64,000 nt of DNA from Eledone cirrhosa (taxonomy: Eukaryota): positions 38,378,001 through 38,442,000 of the forward strand of contig OZ024740.1 in the NCBI GenBank assembly GCA_964016885.1. Reading direction: 5' to 3'. Under the pieces are notes generated by a model. That model saw only the letters and a program-made list of their open reading frames with translations. It had not been told where the DNA came from and ran no database searches. Positions 50,801 to 64,000 of this stretch are shown here, piece after piece. The position numbers were made by a program, and so were the translations under genes. Position 1 is the stretch's first letter, and every line of letters begins with the position of its first letter.

Positions 50801-53800
50801 TAATTACAGCTCACAGTGTACCTAGCTATATCTTATAGTGCACCTAATTATATCTCACTGTGCACCTAGCTATAACTTATAGTGCACCTAATTACATCTC
50901 ACAGTGCACCTAGTTATATCTTATAGTGCACCTAATTACATCTCACAGTGTACCTAGCTATATCTTATAGTGCACCTAATTACATCTCACAGTGCACCTA
51001 GTTATATCTTATAGTGCACCTAATTACATCTCACAGTGCACCTAGTTATATCTGATAGTACACCTAATTACATCTCACAGTGTACCTAGCTATATCTTAT
51101 AGTGCACCTAATTACATCTCACAGTGTACCTAGCTATATCTTATAGTACACCCAATTACATCTCACAGTATACCTAGCTATATCTGATAGTGCACCTAAT
51201 TACATCTCACAGTGTACCTAGCTATATCTTATAGTGCACCTAATTACATTTCACAGTGTACCTAGCTCTATCTTATAGTGCACCTAATTACATCTCACCG
51301 TGTACCTAGCTCTATCTTATAGTGCACCTAATTACATCTCACCGTGTACCTAGCTATATCTGATAGTACACCTAATTACATCTCACAGTATACCTAGCTA
51401 TATATAATAGTGCACCTAATTACATCTCACAGTGTACCTAGTTATATCTTATAGTGCACCTAATTACATCTCACAGTGTACCTAGCTATATCTTATTGTG
51501 CACCTAATTACATCTCACAGTGCACCTAGTTACATATTATAGTACACCAAGTTACATCTCACAGTACACCTAGCTATATCTTATAGTGCACCTAATTACA
51601 TCTCACAGTGTACCTAGCTATATCTTAAAGTACACCTAATTACATCTCACAGTGTACCTAGCTATATCTTATAGTGCACCTAAATATATCTCACAGTGTA
51701 CCTAGCTATAACTTATAGTGCACCTAATTACAACTCACAGTGCACATAATTACATCTCACAGTACACCTAGTTACATCTTATGGTGCACCTAATTACATC
51801 TCACAGTGCACCTAGTTACATCTTATGGTGCACCTAATTACATCTCACAGTGCACCTAGTTACATATTATAGTACACCTAGTTACATCTTATGGTACACC
51901 TAATTACATCTCACAGTGTACCTAGCTATATCTTATAGTGCACCTAATTACATCTCACAGTATACCTAGCTATATTTTATAGTGCACCTAATTACATCTC
52001 ACAGTGTACCTAGCTATATCTTATAGTGCACCTAATTATATCACACAGTGTACCTAGTTATATCTCATAGTGCACCTAATTACATCTCACAGTGTACCTA
52101 GATATATCTTATAGTGCACCTAATTACATCTCACAGTGTGCCTAGCTATATCTTATAATGCACCTAATTACATCTCACAGTGTACCTAGCTATATCTTAT
52201 AGTGCACCTAATTATATCTCACAGTGTACCTAGCTATATCTTATAGTGCACCTAATTACATCTCACAGTGTAACTAGCTATATCTTATAGTGCACCTAAT
52301 TACATCTCACAGTGTACCTAGCTATATCTTATAGTGCACCTAATTACATCTCACAGTGTACCTAGCTATATCTTATAGTGCACCTAATTACATCTCACAG
52401 TGTACCTAGCTATAACTTAAGGTACACCTAATTACATCTCACAGTGTACCTAGCTATATCTTATAGTGCACCTAATTACATCTCACAGTGTACCTAGCTA
52501 TATCTTAAGGTACACCTAATTACATCTCACAGTGTGCCTAGCTATATCTTATAATGCACCTAATTACATCTCACAGTGTACCTAGCTATATCTTATAGTG
52601 CACCTAATTATATCTCACAGTGTACCTAGCTATATCTTATAGTGCACCTAATTATATCACACAGTGTACCTAGTTATATCTCATAGTGCACCTAATTACA
52701 TCTCACAGTGTACCTAGATATATCTTATAATGCACCTAATTACATCTCACAGTGTACCTAGCTATATCTTATAGTGCACCTAATTACATCTCACAGTGTA
52801 CCTAGCTATAATCTTATAGTGCACCTAATTACATCTCACAGTACACCTAGCTATATCTTATAGTGCACCTAATTACATCTCACAGTGTACCTAGCTATAA
52901 TCTTATAGTGCACCTAATTACATCTCACAGTACACCTAGCTATATCTTATAGTGCACCTAATTACATCTCACAGTGTACCTAGCTATAATCTTATAGTGC
53001 ACCTAATTACATCTCACAGTACACCTAGCTATATCTTATAGTGCACCTAATTACATCTCACAGTGTACCTAGCTATATCTTATAGTGCACCTAATTACAT
53101 CTCACAGTGTACCTAGCTATAATCTTATAGTGCACCTAATTACATCTCACAGTACACCTAGCTATATCTTATAGTACACCTAATTACATCTCACAGTGTA
53201 CCTAGCTATATCTTATAGTGCACCTAATTACATCTCACAGTGTACCTAGCTATAATCTTATAGTGCACCTAATTACATCTCACAGTACACCTAGCTATAT
53301 CTTATAGTACACCTAATTACATCTCACAGTGTACCTAGCTATATCTTATAGTGCACCTAATTACATCTCACAGTGTACCTAGCTATATCTTATAGTGCAC
53401 CTAATTACATCTCACAGTGTACCTAGCTATATCTTATAGTGCACCTAATTACATCTCACAGTGTACCTAGCTATATCTTATAGTGCACCTAATTACATCT
53501 CACAGTGCTCCTAGTTACATCTTATGTTACACCTAATTACATCTCACAGTGTACCTAGCTATATCTTATAGTGCACCTAATTACATCTCACAGTGTACCT
53601 AGCTATATCTTATAGTGCACCTAATTACATCTCACAGTGTACCTAGCTATATCTTATAGTGCACCTAATTACATCTCACAGTGTAACTAGCTATAATCTT
53701 ATAGTGCACCTAATTACATCTCACAGTACACCTAGCTATATCTTATAGTGCATCTAATTACATCTCACAGTGTACCTAGCTATAATCTTATAGTGCACCT

Positions 53801-56800
53801 AATTACAGCTCACAGTGTACCTAGTTTTATCTTATAGTGCACCTAATTACATCTCACAGTGCACCTAGCTATATCTTATAGTGCACCTAATTACATCTCA
53901 CAGTGTACCTAGCTATATCTTATAGTACACCTAATTACATCTCACAGTGTACCTAGCTATATCTTATAGTACACCTAATTACATCTCATAGTACACCTAG
54001 CTATATCTTATAGTGCACCTAATTACATCTCACAGTGTACCTAGCTATATGTTATAGTGCACCTAATTACATCTCACAGTGTACCTAGCTATATCTTATA
54101 GTACACCTAATTACATCTCATAGTACACCTAGCTATATCTTATAGTGCACCTAATTACATCTCACAGTGTACCTAGCTATATCTTATAGTGCACCTAATT
54201 ACATCTCAGAGTGTACCTAGCTATATCTTATAGTGCACCTAATTACATCTCACAGTATACCTAGCTATATCTTATGGTGCACCTAATTACATCTCATAGT
54301 ACACCTAGTTACATCTTATGGTGCACCTAATTACATCTCACAGTGGACCTAGTTACATATTATAGTACACCTAGTTACATCTTATGGTGCACCTAGTTAC
54401 ATCTTATGGTACACCTAATTACATCTTACAGTGTACCTAGCTATATCTTATAGTGCACCTAATTACATCTCACAGTGTACCTAGCTATATCTTATAGTGC
54501 ACCTAATTACATCTCACAGTATACCTAGCTATATCTTATAGTGCACCTAATTACATCTCACAGTGTACCTAGCTATATCTTATAGTGCACCTAATTACAT
54601 CTCACAGTGTACCTAGCTATATCTTATAGTAACCTAATTACATCTCATAGTACACCTAGCTATATCTTATAGTGCACCTAATTACATATCACAGTGTACC
54701 TAGCTATATCTTATAGTGCACCTAATTACATCTCACAGTGTACCTAGATATATCTTATAGTGCACCTAATTATATCACACAGTGTACCTAGTTATATCTT
54801 ATAGTGCACCTAATTACATCTCACAGTGTACCTAGATATATCTTATAGTGCACCTAATTACATCTCACAGTGTACCTAGCTATATCTTATAGTGCACCTA
54901 ATTACATCTCATAGTACACCTAGCTATATCTTATAGTGCACCTAATTACATCTCACAGTGTACCTAGCTATATGTTATAGTGCACCTAATTACATCTCAC
55001 AGTGCACCTAGTTACATCTTATGTTACACCTAATTACATCTCACAGTGTACCTAGCTATAAGCTTATAGTGCACCTAATTACATCTCACAGTGTACCTAG
55101 CTATATCTTATAGTGCACCTAATTACATCTCACAGTGTACCTAGCTATATCTTATAGTGCACCTAATTACATCTCACAGTGCACCTAGTTACATCTTATG
55201 TTACACCTAATTACATCTCACAGTGTACCTAGCTATAAGCTTATAGTGCACCTAATTACATCTCACAGTACACCTAGCTATATCTTATAGTGCACATAAT
55301 TACATCTCACAGTGTACCTAGTTATATCTTATAGTGCACCTAATTACAGCTCACAGTGTACCTAGCTATATCTTATAGTGCACCTAATTACATCTCACAG
55401 AGTACCTAGCTATATCTTATAGTGCACCTAATTACATCTCACAGAGTACCTAGCTATATCTTATAGGGCACCTAATTACATCTCACAGTGCACCTAGTTA
55501 CATCTTATGGTACACCTAATTACATCTCACAGTACACCTAGCTATATCTTATAGTGCACCTAAATACATCTCACAGTGTACCTAGCTATATCTTATAGTG
55601 CACCTAATTACATCTCACAGTGTACCTAGCTATATCTTATAGTGCACCTAATTACATCTCACAGTGTACCTAGCTATATATTATAGTGCACCTAATTACA
55701 TCTCACAGTACACCTAGCTATATCTTATAGTGCACCTAATTACATCTCACAGTGTACCTAGCTATATCTTATAGTGCACCTAATTACATCTCACAGTGTA
55801 CCTAGCTATATCTTAAAGTACACCTATTTACATCTCACAGTGTACCTAGCTATATCTTATAGTGCACCTAATTATATCTCACAGTGTACCTAGCTATAAC
55901 TTATAGTGCACCTAATTACATCTCACAGTGTACCTAGCTATATCTTATAGTGCACCTAATTATATCTCACAGTGTACCTAGCTATATCTTATAGTGCACC
56001 TAATTATATCTCACAGTGTACCTAGCTATATCTTATAGTGCACCTAATTACATCTCACAGTGTACCTAGCTATATCTTATAGTGCACCTAATTATATCTC
56101 ACAGTGTACCTAGCTATAACTTATAGTGCACCTAATTACATCTCACAGTGTACCTAGCTATATCTTATAGTGCACCTAATTACATCTCACAGTGTACCTA
56201 GCTATATCTTATAGTGCACCTAATTACATCTCCCAGTGTACCTAGCTATATCTTATAGTGCACCTAATTACATCTCACAGTGTACCTAGCTATATCTTAT
56301 AATGCACCTAATTACATCTCACAGTGCACCTAATTACAGCTCACAGTGCACCTAGTTACATCTTATGGTACACCTAATTACATCTCACAGTGTACCTAGC
56401 TATATCTTATAGTGCACCTAATTACATCTCACAGAGTACCTAGCTATATCTTATAGTGCACCTACTTATATCTCACAGTGTACCTAGCTATATCTTATAG
56501 TGCACCTAATTACATCTCACTGTGCACCTAGCTATAACTTATAGTGCACCTAATTACATCTCACAGTGCACCTAGTTATATCTTATAGTACACCTAATTA
56601 CATCTCACAGTGTACCTAGCTATATCTTATAGTGCACCTAATTACATCTCACAATGCACCTAATTATATCTTATAGTGCACCTAATTACATCTCACAGTG
56701 CACCTAGTTACATCTTATGGTACACCTAATTACATTTCACAGTGTACCTAGCTATAAGCTTATAGTGCACCTAATTACATCTCACAGTATACCTAGCTAT

Positions 56801-59800
56801 ATCTTATAGTGCACCTAATTACATCTCACAGTGTACCTAGCTATATCTTTTAGTGCACCTAATTACATCTCACAGTGTACCTAGCTATATCTGATAGTGC
56901 ACCTAATTACATCTCATAGTGCACCTAGCTATATCTTATGGTGCACCTAATTACATCTCACAGAGTACCTAGCTATATCTTATAGTGCACCTAATTACAT
57001 CTCACAGTGTACCTAGCTATAATCTTATAGTGCACCTAATTACAGCTCACAGTGTACCTAGTTATATCTTATAGTGCACCTAATTACATCTCACAGTATA
57101 CCTAGCTATATCTTATAGTACACCTAATTACATCTCACAGTGCACCTAGTTATATCTTATAGTGCACCCAATTACATCTCACAGTGTACCTAGCTATATG
57201 TTATAGTGCACCTAATTACATCTCACAGTGTACCTAGCTATATCTTATAGTGCACCTAATTACATCTCACAGTGTACCTAGCTATATCTTATAGTGCACC
57301 TAATTACATCTCACAGTGCTCCTAGTTACATCTTATGTTACACCTAATTACATCTCACAGTGTACCTAGCTATAATCTTATAGTGCACCTAATTACATCT
57401 CACAGTACACCTAGCTATATCTTATAGTGCACCTAATTACATCTCACAGAGTACCTAGCTATATCTTATGGTGCACCTAATTACATCTCACAGTGTACCT
57501 AGCTATATCTTATAGTACACCTAATTACATCTCACACTGTACCTAGCTATATTTATAGTGCACCTAATTACATTTCACAGTGCACCTAGTTACATCTTAT
57601 GGTACACCTAATTACATCTCACAGTACACCTAGCTATATCTTATAGTGCACCTAATTACATCTCACCGTACACCTAGCTATATCTTATAGTGCACCTAAT
57701 TACATCTCACAGTGTACCTAGCTATATCTTATAGTGCACCTAAATATATCTCACAGTGTACCTAGCTATAACTTATAGTGCACCTAATTACATCTCACAG
57801 TGTACCTAGCTATATCTTATAGTGCACCTAAATATATCTCACAGTGTACCTAGCTATAACTTATAGTGCACCTAATTACATCTCACAGTGTACCTAGCTA
57901 TATCTTATAGTGCACCTAATTACATCTCACAGTGTACCTAGCTATATCTTATAGTGCACCTAATTACATCTCACAATGTACCTAGCTATATCTTATAGTG
58001 CACCTAATTACATCTCACAGTGTACCCAGCTATATCTTATAGTGCACCTAATTACATCTCACAATGTACCTAGCTATATCTTATGGTGCACCTAATTACA
58101 TCTCACAGTGTACCTAGCTGTATCTTATGGTGCACCTAATTACATCTCACAGTGCACCTAGTTACATCTTATAGTACACCTAATTACAAACCACAGTGCA
58201 TATAATTACATCTCACAGTACACCTAGTTACATCTTATGGTGCACCTAATTACATCTCATAGTACACCTAGTTACATCTTATGGTGCACCTAATTACATC
58301 TCACAGTGCACCTAGTTGCATATTATAGTACACCTAGTTACATCTTATGGTGCACCTAGTTACATCTTATGGTACACCTAATTACATCTTACAGTGTACC
58401 TAGCTATATCTTATAGTGCACCTAATTACATCTCACAGTGTACCTAGCTATATCTTATAGTGCACCTAATTACATCTCACAGTATACCTAGCTATATCTT
58501 ATAGTGCACCTAATTACATCTCACAGTGTACCTAGCTATATCTTATAGTGCACCTAATTATATCACACAGTGTACCTAGTTATATCTTATAGTGCACCTA
58601 ATTACATCTCACAGTGTACCTAGATATATCTTATAGTGCACCTAATTACAGCTCACAGTGTACCTAGCTATATCTTATAGTGCACCTAATTACATCTCAT
58701 AGTACACCTAGCTATATCTTATAGTGCACCTAATTACATCTCACAGTGTACCTAGCTATATGTTATAGTGCACCTAATTACATCTCACAGTGTACCTAGC
58801 TATATCTTATAGTGCACCTAATTACATCTCACAGTGTACCTAGCTATATCTTATAGTGCACCTAATTACATCTCACAGTGCTCCTAGTTACATCTTATGT
58901 TACACCTAATTACATCTCACAGTGTACCTAGCTATAAGCTTATAGTGCACCTAATTACATCTCACAGTACACCTAGCTATATCTTATAGTGCGCCTAATT
59001 ACATCTCACAGAGAACCTAGCTATATCTTATAGTGCACCTAATTACATCTCACAGTGTACCTAGCTATATCTTATAGTGCACCTAATTACATCTCACAGT
59101 GTACCCAGCTATATCTTATAGTGCACATAATTACATCTCACAGTGTACCTAGTTATATCTTATAGTGCACCTAATTACAGCTCACAGTGTACCTAGCTAT
59201 ATCTTATAGTGCACCTAATTACATCTCACAGAGTACCTAGCTATATCTTATAGTGCACCTAATTACATCTCACAGAGTACCTAGCTATATCTTATAGGGC
59301 ACCTAATTACATCTCACAGTGCACCTAGTTACATCTTATGGTACACCTAATTACATCTCACAGTACACCTAGCTATATCTTATAGTGCACCTAAATACAT
59401 CTCACAGTGTACCTAGCTATATCTTATAGTGCACCTAATTACATCTCACAGTGTACCTAGCTATATCTTATAGTGCACCTAATTACATCTCACAGTGTAC
59501 CTAGCTATATATTATAGTGCACCTAATTACATCTCACAGTACACCTAGCTATATCTTATAGTGCACCTAATTACATCTCACAGTGTACCTAGCTATATCT
59601 TATAGTGCACCTAATTACATCTCACAGTGTACCTAGCTATATCTTAAAGTACACCTAATTACATCTCACAGTGTACCTAGCTATATCTTATAGTGCACCT
59701 AATTATATCTCACAGTGTACCTAGCTATAACTTATAGTGCACCTAATTACATCTCACAGTGTACCTAGCTATATCTTATAGTGCACCTAATTATATCTCA

Positions 59801-62800
59801 CAGTGTACCTAGCTATATCTTATAGTGCACCTAATTATATCTCACAGTGTACCTAGCTATATCTTATAGTGCACCTAATTACATCTCACAGTGTACCCAG
59901 CTATATCTTATAGTGCACCTAATTACATCTCACAGTGTACCTAGCTATATCTTATAGTGCACCTAATTACATCTCACAGTGTACCTAGCTATATCTTATA
60001 GTGCACCTAATTACATCTCACAGTGTACCTAGCTATATCTTATAGTGCACCTAATTACAGCTCACAGTGTACCTAGCTATATCTTATAGTGCACCTAATT
60101 ACATCTCCCAGTGTACCTAGCTATATCTTATAGTGCACCTAATTACATCTCACAGTGTACCTAGCTATATCTTATAATGCACCTAATTACATCTCACAGT
60201 GCACCTAATTACAGCTCACAGTGCACCTAGTTACATCTTATGGTACACCTAATTACATCTCACAGTGTACCTAGCTATATCTTATAGTGCACCTAATTAC
60301 ATCTCACAGTGTACCTAGCTATATCTTATAGTGGACCTAATTACATCTCACAATATACCTAGCTATATCTTATAGTGCACCTACTTATATCTCACAGTGT
60401 ACCTAGCTATATCTTATAGTGCACCTAATTACATCTCACAGTGCACCTAGTTATATCTGATAGTACACCTAATTACATCTCACAGTATACCTAGCTATAT
60501 CTAATAGTGCACCTAATTACATCTCACAGTGTACCTAGCTATATCTTATAGTGCACCTAATTACATCTCACAGTGTACCTAGCTATATCTTATAGTGCAC
60601 CTAATTACATCTCACAGTGCTCCTAGTTACATCTTATGTTACACCTAATTACATCTCACAGTGTACCTAGCTATAAGCTTATAGTGCACCTAATTACATC
60701 TCACAGTACACCTAGCTATATCTTATAGTGCGCCTAATTACATCTCACAGAGAACCTAGCTATATCTTATAGTGCACCTAATTACATCTCACAGTGTACC
60801 TAGCTATATCTTATAGTGCACCTAATTACATCTCACAGTGTACCCAGCTATATCTTATAGTGCACATAATTACATCTCACAGTGTACCTAGTTATATCTT
60901 ATAGTGCACCTAATTACAGCTCACAGTGTACCTAGCTATATCTTATAGTGCACCTAATTACATCTCACAGAGTACCTAGCTATATCTTATAGTGCACCTA
61001 ATTACATCTCACAGAGTACCTAGCTATATCTTATAGGGCACCTAATTACATCTCACAGTGCACCTAGTTACATCTTATGGTACACCTAATTACATCTCAC
61101 AGTACACCTAGCTATATCTTATAGTGCACCTAAATACATCTCACAGTGTACCTAGCTATATCTTATAGTGCACCTAATTACATCTCACAGTGTACCTAGC
61201 TATATCTTATAGTGCACCTAATTACATCTCACAGTGTACCTAGCTATATATTATAGTGCACCTAATTACATCTCACAGTACACCTAGCTATATCTTATAG
61301 TGCACCTAATTACATCTCACAGTGTACCTAGCTATATCTTATAGTGCACCTAATTACATCTCACAGTGTACCTAGCTATATCTTAAAGTACACCTAATTA
61401 CATCTCACAGTGTACCTAGCTATATCTTATAGTGCACCTAATTATATCTCACAGTGTACCTAGCTATAACTTATAGTGCACCTAATTACATCTCACAGTG
61501 TACCTAGCTATATCTTATAGTGCACCTAATTATATCTCACAGTGTACCTAGCTATATCTTATAGTGCACCTAATTATATCTCACAGTGTACCTAGCTATA
61601 TCTTATAGTGCACCTAATTACATCTCACAGTGTACCCAGCTATATCTTATAGTGCACCTAATTACATCTCACAGTGTACCTAGCTATATCTTATAGTGCA
61701 CCTAATTACATCTCACAGTGTACCTAGCTATATCTTATAGTGCACCTAATTACATCTCACAGTGTACCTAGCTATATCTTATAGTGCACCTAATTACAGC
61801 TCACAGTGTAGCTAGCTATATCTTATAGTGCACCTAATTACATCTCCCAGTGTACCTAGCTATATCTTATAGTGCACCTAATTACATCTCACAGTGTACC
61901 TAGCTATATCTTATAATGCACCTAATTACATCTCACAGTGCACCTAATTACAGCTCACAGTGCACCTAGTTACATCTTATGGTACACCTAATTACATCTC
62001 ACAGTGTACCTAGCTATATCTTATAGTGCACCTAATTACATCTCACAGTGTACCTAGCTATATCTTATAGTGGACCTAATTACATCTCACAATATACCTA
62101 GCTATATCTTATAGTGCACCTACTTATATCTCACAGTGTACCTAGCTATATCTTATAGTGCACCTAATTACATCTCACAGTGCACCTAGTTATATCTGAT
62201 AGTACACCTAATTACATCTCACAGTATACCTAGCTATATCTAATAGTGCACCTAATTACATCTCACAGTGTACCTAGCTATATCTTATAGTGCACCTAAT
62301 TACATCTCACAGTGTACCTAGCTATATCTGATAATGCACCTAATTACATCTCACAGTGCACCTAGTTATATCTGATAGTACACCTAATTACATCTCACAG
62401 TATACCTAGCTATATCTAATAGTGCACCTAATTACATCTCACAGTGTACCTAGCTATATCTTTTAGTGCACCTAATTACATCTCACAGTGTACCTAGCTA
62501 TATCTGATAGTGCACCTAATTACATCTCACAGTGCACCTAGCTATATCTTATAGTACACCCAATTACATCTCACAGTATACCTAGCTATATCTTTTAGTG
62601 CACCTAATTACATCTCACAGTGTACCTAACTATATCTTATAGTGCACCTAATTACATCTCACAGTGTACCTAGCTATATCTTATAGTGCACCTAATTACA
62701 TCTCACAGTGTACCTAGCTATATCTTATTGTGCACCTAATTACATCTCACAGTATACCTAGCTATATCTTATAGTGCACCTAATTACATCTCACAGTGTA

Positions 62801-64000
62801 CCTAGCTATATCTTATAGTGCACCTAATTATATCTGACAGTGTACCCAGCTATATCTTATAGTGCACCTAATTACATCTCACAATGTACCTAGCTATATC
62901 TTATGGTGCACCTAATTACATCTCACAGTGAACCTAGCTGTATCTTATGGTGCACCTAATTACATCTCACAGTGCACCTAGTTACATCTTATAGTACACC
63001 TAATTACAACTCACAGTGCACATAATTACATCTCACAGTACACCTAGTTACATCTTATGGTGCACCTAATTACATCTCACAGTGCACCTAGTTACATATT
63101 ATAGTACACCTAGTTACATCTTATGGTGCACCTAGTTACATCTTATGGTACACCTAATTACATCTCACAGTGTACCTAGCTATATCTTATAGTGCACTTA
63201 ATTGCATCTCACAGTATACCTAGCTATATTTTATAGTGCACCTAATTACATCTCACAGTGTACCTAGCTATATCTTATAGTGCACCTAATTACATCTCAC
63301 AGTGTACCTAGCTATATCTTATAGTGCACTTAATTACATCTCACAGTATACCTAGATATATCTTATAGTGCACCTAATTACATCTCACAGTGTGCCTAGC
63401 TATATCTTATAGTGCACCTAATTACATCTCACAGTGTACCTAGCTATATCTTATAGTGCACCTAATTATATCTCACAGTGTACCTAGCTATATCTTATAG
63501 TACACCTAATTACATCTTACAGTGTACCTAGCTATATCTTATAGTGCACCTAATTATATCTCACAGTGTACCTAGCTATATCTTATAGTGCACCTAATTA
63601 CATCTCACAGTGTAACTAGCTATATCTTATAGTGCACCTAATTACATCTCACAGTACACCTAGCTATATCTTATAGTGCACCTAATTACATCTCACAGTG
63701 TACCTAGCTATAACTTAAGGTACACCTAATTACATCTCACAGTGTACCTAGCTATATCTTATAGTGCACCTAATTACATCTCACAGTGTACCTAGCTATA
63801 TCTTAAGGTACACCTAATTACATCTCACAGTGTACCTAGCTATATCTTATAGTGCACCTAATTATATCTCACAGTATACCTAGCTATATCTTATAGTGCA
63901 CCTAATTACATCTCACAGTGTACCTAGCTATAATCTTATAGTGCACCTAATTACATCTCACAGTACACCTAGCTATATCTTATAGTGCACCTAATTACAT
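44856..64000. repeat. 44-bp satellite array (two diverged 22-bp subunits), >19 kb, continuing past the window end
   Basis: Consensus GTGCACCTAATTACATCTCACA+GTGTACCTAGCTATATCTTATA, about 435 units; the ORF track is empty here. Confidence 0.98.

Noticed and set aside
44856-64000. CRISPR-like regular repeat
   Set aside because: No unique spacers, no cas genes, eukaryotic context; it is a tandem satellite.

Overview
AT-rich, microsatellite-dense eukaryotic genomic DNA; the SINE and RTE repertoire looks like a coleoid cephalopod such as octopus (inference). The only host gene I can support is a divergent SLC6/neurotransmitter:sodium symporter family transporter on the minus strand. Three exons are visible (35072-35319, 32188-32388, 1776-1949; TM8-TM12), with GT-AG ends, compatible phases and a ~30 kb intron. 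The introns hold: a near-intact Penelope-like (Naiad-type) RT/GIY-YIG element in (TA)n with one nonsense codon; two copies of an RTE LINE with a PHD finger inserted inside the RT; an R4/Dong-like RLE fragment; a Helitron 3' end; hAT and Tc2/pogo-like MITEs; many SINEs; several minisatellites; and a >19 kb 44-bp satellite with a 1739-bp higher-order duplication running off the right edge. The most striking non-coding pattern is a set of fold-back (inverted-repeat) mini-elements from several unrelated families, sitting in or beside (TA)n tracts. Several carry minimal type I hammerhead ribozymes, including core variants (U3-A8 covariant, A4, GGAA). All structures were read by eye; no folding, alignment or database search was run.
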